Shown one piece after another: positions 1-5,789 of a stretch of DNA of 30,582 bases. The notes beneath the pieces are model-generated. The model was not told the origin of the DNA, ran no database searches, and worked only from the letters and a program-made list of their open reading frames with translations. Every line of letters begins with the position of its first letter. The stretch's first letter is position 1. The position numbers and the translations under genes were made by a program. Source of the stretch: an archaeon (GTDB lineage Archaea; Nanobdellota; Nanobdellia; Woesearchaeales; ARS49); contig JACRAI010000023.1 of assembly GCA_016213425.1 (NCBI GenBank), forward strand, positions 1-30,582, in the 5' to 3' direction.

Positions 1-899
1 TATTCAGCAACACTTTTCCCTTCAACACCCCAATAATTACTAAGTCCGCTCCAGTCACTTCTCCATTCGTGACCTCTTGTGTTTTCAAACTTCACAAAAA
101 CATTCCTTCCAGCTAAACCTATGATTTTACCTTCAGAACCTGATGGAAAAGAATTCTCTCTTTCTTTGAAATAACTCTCATTCCATCTTTTATCTGAGTT
201 ATCAAGATAGATATGTTTAACTTCGGCACCCATTGACAATTTTCCTTCTGAATTGAGAAATTTTGCATCTCGAAGATATTCTTCTGCAGAACGAGTCAAT
301 TCTTCTATAGGAACCAAATCATTCAATACAAATTCATTTTTGAAATATTTTCCTAATAATTTATTTGTGTTTTCAATAGTATCTATCACTTTATCAAAAT
401 ACCTATTTTCTTTGAATTTATTTAACAAACCACTACAACTAGCAAATACTAATTCTCTTAAAACTTCTTTCCTGTGATTTGTTTCTGGATACAAATGTAA
501 ATACCAATCAGATAAATTTACCTTGTCGTTGCCTTGGACTGTTTGAATTCTATCATACAATCCTTCTTCAGTCCAGTCATAAATTTTTGATTCTAACTCT
601 TGAAGTTTTTCTCGATCAAATATTTTTTCTTGACCAAACTGGTTTAATGCCTTGCGAGCAAGATCTAGATCTTTTTCTTCAAGAGCAGATTCAAGATCAG
701 AAATTACTTTTTGCTGTTTTTCTTCAAGTTCTGCAGCTTTTATACCTCTTTCAATAGTGAGCTTTAATTCTACTGTATCTTTTGTTTTCAAAGATTTTTC
801 AGTTTCATACGCACTCAAAAGTTTTGAAGCTGCCTCATAATCTTGGTTTTCAATAAAACTTAATACATGCTTCCTATTTCTTGATTTAGTAAAAAACAT
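1..899 (-). CDS. Hypothetical protein, partial (3' end runs off the window; not in the ORF track)
   Basis: Manual translation from ATG at 899 gives MFFTKSRNRKHVLSFIENQDYEAASKLL...GHEWRSDWSGLSNYWGVEGKSVAE, 299 codons with no stop. There is an in-frame TGA just upstream (917-915) and a TTTTATAAAT TATA-like box about 25 nt upstream. No family recognised. Confidence 0.8.
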   Translation of the reverse strand, partial: MFFTKSRNRKHVLSFIENQDYEAASKLLSAYETEKSLKTKDTVELKLTIERGIKAAELEEKQQKVISDLESALEEKDLDLARKALNQFGQEKIFDREKLQELESKIYDWTEEGLYDRIQTVQGNDKVNLSDWYLHLYPETNHRKEVLRELVFASCSGLLNKFKENRYFDKVIDTIENTNKLLGKYFKNEFVLNDLVPIEELTRSAEEYLRDAKFLNSEGKLSMGAEVKHIYLDNSDKRWNESYFKERENSFPSGSEGKIIGLAGRNVFVKFENTRGHEWRSDWSGLSNYWGVEGKSVAE

Positions 900-963
900 A
901 ATGAGAATTATCAGTCAAATATTTATAAAAGTGATCGGTAAGATTAATAAAGAAAAAAGAAGA

Positions 964-1635
964 TTAACTTATACTTAAGTTAAACAAAGCTTTTTCTATA
1001 TTTCTACGCGCCTGACCCTCGTATTTATTTTTAAAATATTCTGTGTTATAGATGAAAGGCTTGTTGAGAAATGATTGAAGTACTCCTGCGCGTGCAGATT
1101 TGTACAGGTCTTCTGGAACCCAATAATACTCTTGACGAATTCCTCCATCGTAAAGCCAGAAAATTTGTTCAGGTTTTCCCAAAATTGATAAATCTGTATC
1201 CGCAATTAATTTTTGTTCAAGAGTTATAGGTGCTCTGTCATGCTTCGTAACCATAACTTCATCATGTGATTCTTGAGCGAACTCGTCAGATAATTCGAGT
1301 TCTTTAGCCATTTGATAAGAATACAACGCGCTTTTTTCTTCATTATCTTTAACAAGAACAGGATTGCCATTTTTATCTAAATGACCGGTATAATATATTA
1401 AATCATGATTCCCCCAACTAAACTTAACACGCAAAATTTTAGGAGGCTCCATTACTTCTTTAAATTCTGCAATTTTTAATTTTTTTATTTCATTAAACTC
1501 ATCCCATCCTTGAACTATGTGTTGCAAGTTATGGTATGCTCTAGCAGAGTCTACATATTGCTTTATCATGAACTTCCAGTAAGGAGTTGGATCTTTATCA
1601 GACAACTTCTTCATCAATTCAAAGAATTCTTTCAT
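964..1635 (-). CDS. Predicted HD-superfamily metal-dependent phosphohydrolase (COG4339-like)
   Basis: Motifs RAYHNLQH, NHD-IY, DNEEKSA, TKH, DTDLSILG, IRQEY-WVP and YE-QARRNI match this family. It has a GAGGGTGA RBS and overlaps the upstream gene by 4 bp. Confidence 0.8.
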   Translation of the reverse strand: MKEFFELMKKLSDKDPTPYWKFMIKQYVDSARAYHNLQHIVQGWDEFNEIKKLKIAEFKEVMEPPKILRVKFSWGNHDLIYYTGHLDKNGNPVLVKDNEEKSALYSYQMAKELELSDEFAQESHDEVMVTKHDRAPITLEQKLIADTDLSILGKPEQIFWLYDGGIRQEYYWVPEDLYKSARAGVLQSFLNKPFIYNTEYFKNKYEGQARRNIEKALFNLSIS

Positions 1636-2756
1636 TTCACCCTCAAATAACCTATCACGTCATCAACTACAAGTTCTATATTATTTAAATTATCCGAATT
1701 ATTTAATTCGAAAAGCATTCCATTGTTATCTTCTTTTATTTTTTGATACAACTTTTGTTTTTTCTCTTCATCAGTGTACTGGCGATCAAGCACTTGCTTT
1801 ATTCTTTCATCACTCCATCCTCTTTCTTTAAGTCTTCTTTGTCTGCTTTGTTCATCAGCGCTGACTAATACTATGTTATGATTTAATAGGTGAGTCCAGT
1901 TTTTTTCTATCATTATTGCTCCTTCAACAAGGATCAATCCTTTTTTTCCGTAAATTTCTTTTTTGAAACCTCTAATGATTGGTTCTCTCATTAATTCATC
2001 TAATTGGGTCCATTTTTGTTCATCATTGAAAACTATATCTCCTAATTCCTTTCTATTAATGAATCCATCAGTGGATTTTACCTGATCCCCAAATAATTGA
2101 ACTATTTGTTCTCTTATTTTAACGTATAATGGTTCTGTCCATTCACCTAATATTTTGTGGCCTATTTTATCTAAATCTACTGAGTGAACTTCCAAGTTTT
2201 TTTGTTTGCTTAATTCTTCAAATCTTTTTGAAATATAAGATTTTCCTGAACCAGCTCCACCTGCAAGTCCTATTAAGTATTGTCCTGATATTTTTTCTTC
2301 TAATTTTTGTTTTACAGTTAATGGAACATATTTTGTTAAATCTCCATATTCCTTCTGTATTGCTTTTGCTGCGCTTGAACTTACATGTCTTTGTTCTGGT
2401 TTCGCAATTAAAAGGAATGTTTCGATTGATCTTTGACTGTGGCCTATTTCGTGAAGTGCTGTTTCATAATCAAAATCCTTATTATCTCTGACACCTTTAA
2501 CAATTACGTCAACATTATTTTCGTAAGCATAATCAACTAGTAAACCTTCAAAAGAAACTACTTTAACATTTGGGACGTGTGCTAATACTTTTTTCGCTAA
2601 ATCTGTTCTTTCATCTAAATCAAGCAAGTATTTCTTCTCTGGATTGACTCCTATACCAACAATCATTTCATCAAACAATTTAGCAGCTCTTTCTATTAAA
2701 TCAATATGGCCATAAGTTATTGGGTCTGCCGAGAATGCACACATTGATCTAGTCAT
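1632..2756 (-). CDS. coaD: Bifunctional phosphopantetheine adenylyltransferase / dephospho-CoA kinase (CoaD-CoaE fusion)
   Basis: N-terminal FSADPITYGHIDLIERA, KGVR--KDFDYE and HVSSSAAK are bacterial PPAT motifs. C-terminal IGLAGGAGSGKS (P-loop), DLDKIGH, INRKELGDIVFND and QRRLKERG match DPCK. Confidence 0.9.
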   Translation of the reverse strand: MTRSMCAFSADPITYGHIDLIERAAKLFDEMIVGIGVNPEKKYLLDLDERTDLAKKVLAHVPNVKVVSFEGLLVDYAYENNVDVIVKGVRDNKDFDYETALHEIGHSQRSIETFLLIAKPEQRHVSSSAAKAIQKEYGDLTKYVPLTVKQKLEEKISGQYLIGLAGGAGSGKSYISKRFEELSKQKNLEVHSVDLDKIGHKILGEWTEPLYVKIREQIVQLFGDQVKSTDGFINRKELGDIVFNDEQKWTQLDELMREPIIRGFKKEIYGKKGLILVEGAIMIEKNWTHLLNHNIVLVSADEQSRQRRLKERGWSDERIKQVLDRQYTDEEKKQKLYQKIKEDNNGMLFELNNSDNLNNIELVVDDVIGYLRVK

Positions 2757-3219
2757 TTTTTACCTCTTCAGAATTGTTCAAGTAAACTCCTAGTGCTAGA
2801 GAAAATTCTCCTTTTTCAGGAAAATGCGCGGTTCTTCCTATCATGTGAGTATATTTTGTTAATTCTTCTCTTAGTTTTAAACTTGATGAAACAAGAGATC
2901 CAACGTAGACTATATTTTGTGATGTTTTTGGAAATTTATCAATCATTTCCCTAATTAATACCTCCCTAGTCACAGTTATTGCTATTGTGCTTAGCAGTGT
3001 TGCGTAAAGATCTTCTTTTTTGGAGTCAACTTTTGCTTTTCCAAAGTTTGCTATTACCAACTCTCCTTGAAGTGTTCCTTCTTTTTCTGGAAGCTTGTCT
3101 TTAATTAATAATTCAAATATTTCTTCTAAAGTTTGGTCAGCAGTTGAAGCAAAGTTTAATTTATCTGTTTTCCATACTATTTTTGTAAGCGTGCTGCCAA
3201 AATCAATTCCTGCGATCAT
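2749..3219 (-). CDS. coaW: Type II (Staphylococcus CoaW-like) pantothenate kinase homologue with a large in-frame internal deletion; probable pseudoenzyme
   Basis: GIDFGSTLTKIV, GEL-IANFG, NIVYVGS and GEFSLALG match type II PanK N- and C-terminal motifs, but the protein is about 156 aa versus about 270 aa. The likely start is ATG 3219 behind an AGGTGA RBS (the track uses GTG 3228). Confidence 0.75.
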   Translation of the reverse strand: MIAGIDFGSTLTKIVWKTDKLNFASTADQTLEEIFELLIKDKLPEKEGTLQGELVIANFGKAKVDSKKEDLYATLLSTIAITVTREVLIREMIDKFPKTSQNIVYVGSLVSSSLKLREELTKYTHMIGRTAHFPEKGEFSLALGVYLNNSEEVKND

Positions 3220-3294
3220 TTCACTCACCTAATTAAAGCACAATATACTAGATATATAAAATAATCCATCGAAAAATATATAAAAAAGGTAAAA

Positions 3295-3302
3295 TTTATA
3301 AA
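3295..3302 (+). promoter_or_regulatory. Archaeal TATA box with purine-rich BRE-like upstream element; probably a leaderless promoter of the Lrp gene
   Basis: AAAAAGGTAAAA-TTTATAAA centred about 27 nt upstream of ATG 3325, with no SD sequence. Confidence 0.5.
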
Positions 3303-3324
3303 TAAAATACTCTTTTTTAATAAA

Positions 3325-4275
3325 ATGGACTTGATTGATAGGAAAATACTGTGCGAATTGGATTTGAATTGCAGGACTCCTTTGTCACAGCTAGCCAAGA
3401 AACTTAAGGTTGGGAGAAATGTTGTTGATTACAGAATTAAACATTTAGAAAAAGAAAAAATAATAGAAAAATACATTTGTTCTTTAAATCTGGGTTTGCT
3501 AGGTTTCAAGACTTACAAAATTCATTTTAAGGTTAGAAATATTAAAGAAGAAAAAGAATTTGTTAAATATGTATTAGAACATAATTTAGTTGTTAACTGT
3601 GTTAAAGAAGAAGGAGCTTTCGATTATTCTGTTTCAATTGCAGTGAAAAACATAAAAGAACTGGATGAATTCTTGATGACTGTCAAGAATGATTTCAGAG
3701 ATTTAATTAAAGATTATGCAGTCAGCATAATTGTTTACTCCAAAATATTCAAATTAAACAAATTATTGTTGGAAGAAAAAAAAGAGATTCCCAAAATCGA
3801 AAAGTATTCGGGAGAGGAAACCGAAATCAAAACAGATGAAACAGATAAAAAAATTTTAAGAGTTCTATCCCAGGAAGCCAATTTACAGATTATTGATTTG
3901 GCAAGGAGAACAAAGCTAAGTGTTGATGTTGTTAAGTACAGGTTGAAAAATTTAAGCAATTTGATAAATTCTTTCAGGATTTTAATAAATTTCAATAAAT
4001 TAGGATATCACACTTATGTAATAATGTTAAGAATAAGAAAAGCAACTAAACAAGATGAAGAAAAAATGGTTTCCTGGTGTGCGATTAATAAATCGGTCTT
4101 GTACTGCTCCAAAAGAATTGGCTATTATGATTTTACTATAAATATAGCAATAAAAAACATAGAAGAACTAAACAAATTCATTTCAAGATTAAAAGAAGAA
4201 TTCAGCGAAGTAATCGATTCATATGAAACAACACTCAACGGAGATGTTTTAAAGCTGAATTATGTGCCATTTTAA
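3325..4275 (+). CDS. Lrp/AsnC-family transcriptional regulator with two tandem HTH+RAM units
   Basis: Two AsnC-type HTHs (DLIDRKILCEL--NCRTPLSQLAKKL---RNVVDYRIKHLEK and DETDKKILRVL--EANLQIIDLARRT--SVDVVKYRLKNL), each followed by a RAM-like domain (G-FDY / GYYDF). Confidence 0.9.
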   Translation: MDLIDRKILCELDLNCRTPLSQLAKKLKVGRNVVDYRIKHLEKEKIIEKYICSLNLGLLGFKTYKIHFKVRNIKEEKEFVKYVLEHNLVVNCVKEEGAFDYSVSIAVKNIKELDEFLMTVKNDFRDLIKDYAVSIIVYSKIFKLNKLLLEEKKEIPKIEKYSGEETEIKTDETDKKILRVLSQEANLQIIDLARRTKLSVDVVKYRLKNLSNLINSFRILINFNKLGYHTYVIMLRIRKATKQDEEKMVSWCAINKSVLYCSKRIGYYDFTINIAIKNIEELNKFISRLKEEFSEVIDSYETTLNGDVLKLNYVPF

Positions 4276-4310
4276 CTGGTTTGTAGTTCTGGTTTTGAGG
4301 TTTGTAGTTA
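4276..4310 (-). repeat. Degenerate heptamer tandem tract 1 (unit about ACYNCAA)
   Basis: The minus strand reads ACTACAA ACCTCAA AACCAGA ACTACAA ACCAG. The tract abuts the Lrp stop codon. Confidence 0.65.
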
Positions 4311-4350
4311 AAAAGAAGAAATATCTGCTAAAAATTCAAAGAAAAACGAA

Positions 4351-4704
4351 TCAACCTTTGTGTATCTTAATTTCATCTTCGGATACTATTGTTACACTGT
4401 TTTCTAATTTGCCTTTTATTTTTGACTTGAGAAGTTTAATCAGAGTCACACTTACCATTTTTGGTAATTGCAGTCTAAAACGCAGAAGAATGATTCCTTT
4501 ATGCTTAACTTTTTGATTCAAAACATTCGCAAAATCTTTGTCATGAGTGATAATTATTCTTTTTTCTTTATTTGCTAATTCTAGAACTTCTTTGTCACTC
4601 GCACCATGAAAGTTTTCTGCTTTTATATCTTTAACATCAAAACCCTCTTCAAGAAGAGATTTATACACCGAAGTGGCTATGTTTTCGTCAGTTAAGAACT
4701 TCAT
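4351..4704 (-). CDS. DUF5615 PIN-like (VapC45-type) toxin
   Basis: MKFLTDENI, D-EVL--A-KEKRIIITHDKDF. The likely start is ATG 4704 (the track uses TTG 4710). Confidence 0.85.
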   Translation of the reverse strand: MKFLTDENIATSVYKSLLEEGFDVKDIKAENFHGASDKEVLELANKEKRIIITHDKDFANVLNQKVKHKGIILLRFRLQLPKMVSVTLIKLLKSKIKGKLENSVTIVSEDEIKIHKG

Positions 4705-4706
4705 TT

Positions 4707-4937
4707 TCAAGCTATTTTAGCAGTTGGATAAACTTCTTCATGCTGCAAAGCACCAGTAGCATATTTTAGTGATGCAAGCACATCTTCTCTGGATAAATGA
4801 GGGTACTCCTGAATTAATTCATCAATACTCATACCTGAAGAAAGTAATTCCAAAATAAACTCTACAGACATTCTTGTCCCTTTAATAACTGGTTTTCCCG
4901 CCAAAATCTCAGGGTCAATAACTATTCTTCCATTCAT
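4707..4937 (-). CDS. DUF433 antitoxin (VapB45-type)
   Basis: RIVIDPEILAGKPVIKGTRMSVEFILELL--GMSIDELIQEYPHLSREDV is the canonical DUF433 pattern. It lies directly upstream of the DUF5615 gene. Confidence 0.9.
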   Translation of the reverse strand: MNGRIVIDPEILAGKPVIKGTRMSVEFILELLSSGMSIDELIQEYPHLSREDVLASLKYATGALQHEEVYPTAKIA

Positions 4938-4996
4938 GTATCATAATAAAACAAATCAATATTTAAATTTAACTGCGTTGCTAGATATTTTTTCTA

Positions 4997-5719
4997 TTAC
5001 TCTGTGCGTCTCCGACGCACCCTAACCAAACGGGCGTTGCAGTCGCCAAGACTGTAGCTGCCATGCGCAGACGACCTACTGCTGCAGTAGACGTTGACGA
5101 ACCCGCCGAGGCACCAAGCCCCCAGAGAAGGTTTCCTTAGAGGTTCAACAAGATAAACTGCCATTCCTTCACTTATCTTATAATTATCTCTTAAGTATTT
5201 GAAAACTTTTTCAACATACGCACCTAACAAATTTTGATCTCTTCCAGCAAGTTCAAACCAAACAGGATTATTCTTAGCTTCATTCTCTGTTAACAGTATT
5301 CCCGTGTGTTCCTTTCTAACATTTTTACTAAAAATCACCCCTTCAAAACTATCATAAACACTTTCTTCCAAAAGCAAAACACCATCAACCAACTTAGTTC
5401 TAGAATTTATATTTCTTAAAAGCTCACAATCATGAACAACCTTAAAACTACCATCAGGATGACAAGCCAACCCAGTACCAGAATCAAGATAATCATTAAT
5501 TAACAAAAAATCATTAAAACACAAACGCATAAGCAACAAATCACTAAAATCAGCAGGAAAACCCTCACCCAACAACACAGGCATCACACTAACAAAACTT
5601 TCCCCCTCAAAAATCTTATAACCAGAATAATCAACACCATCAAAAAGTAATTCTTTCTCTCTAACAAAACCCTGCTTTCCAACACCACCCAAATAATCAT
5701 CCAAAACCATAATACCCAC
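4997..5719 (-). CDS. Putative DGR target protein (archaeal CLec-fold, AvpA-like) with a C-terminal variable region
   Basis: The C-terminus LGAWCLGG...RSSAHGSYSLGDCNARLVRV has the W..G...S.A.G...L....RLV layout recalled for DPANN DGR variable proteins. It also has an NNC-codon-rich, GC-rich 3' end and a downstream GGA-triloop hairpin. The start may be GTG 5719 or ATG 5710. Confidence 0.75.
   Translation of the reverse strand: MGIMVLDDYLGGVGKQGFVREKELLFDGVDYSGYKIFEGESFVSVMPVLLGEGFPADFSDLLLMRLCFNDFLLINDYLDSGTGLACHPDGSFKVVHDCELLRNINSRTKLVDGVLLLEESVYDSFEGVIFSKNVRKEHTGILLTENEAKNNPVWFELAGRDQNLLGAYVEKVFKYLRDNYKISEGMAVYLVEPLRKPSLGAWCLGGFVNVYCSSRSSAHGSYSLGDCNARLVRVRRRRTE
5004..5020 (-). promoter_or_regulatory. 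DGR-type cis-acting DNA hairpin, 7-bp stem with a GGA (GRA) triloop
   Basis: The minus strand reads GTGCGTC-GGA-GACGCAC, a perfect inverted repeat with a C-G closing pair, immediately 3' of the VR. Confidence 0.7.
5019..5116 (-). mobile_element. Putative DGR variable region (VR) with an IMH-like 3' end
   Basis: 18 of the 27 codons from 5113 to 5033 end in C and none ends in A. No codon among the first ~60 of the gene ends in C. The region ends ...GCCCGTTTGGTTAGGGT. Confidence 0.7.
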
Positions 5720-5789
5720 ACAAAAAAACGCTCTTTAAAAAAACTATTGAAAACAATTATAAAACACAAAAATTATTATGTTAATAATT

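Noticed and set aside
253-840. Plus-strand ORFs 253-477, 479-757 and 652-840 in the track
   Set aside because: They are antisense shadows of the long minus-strand ORF starting at 899, with no RBS or family motifs.
3243-3257. ATATA-CTAGA-TATAT palindrome as a possible Lrp operator
   Set aside because: It is short, purely AT and overlaps a TATA-like box, so it is expected by chance at this base composition.
4276-4310. Heptamer tracts considered as CRISPR arrays or IS terminal repeats
   Set aside because: There are no 25-45 bp repeats with unique spacers, no cas genes, no transposase and no target-site duplications.
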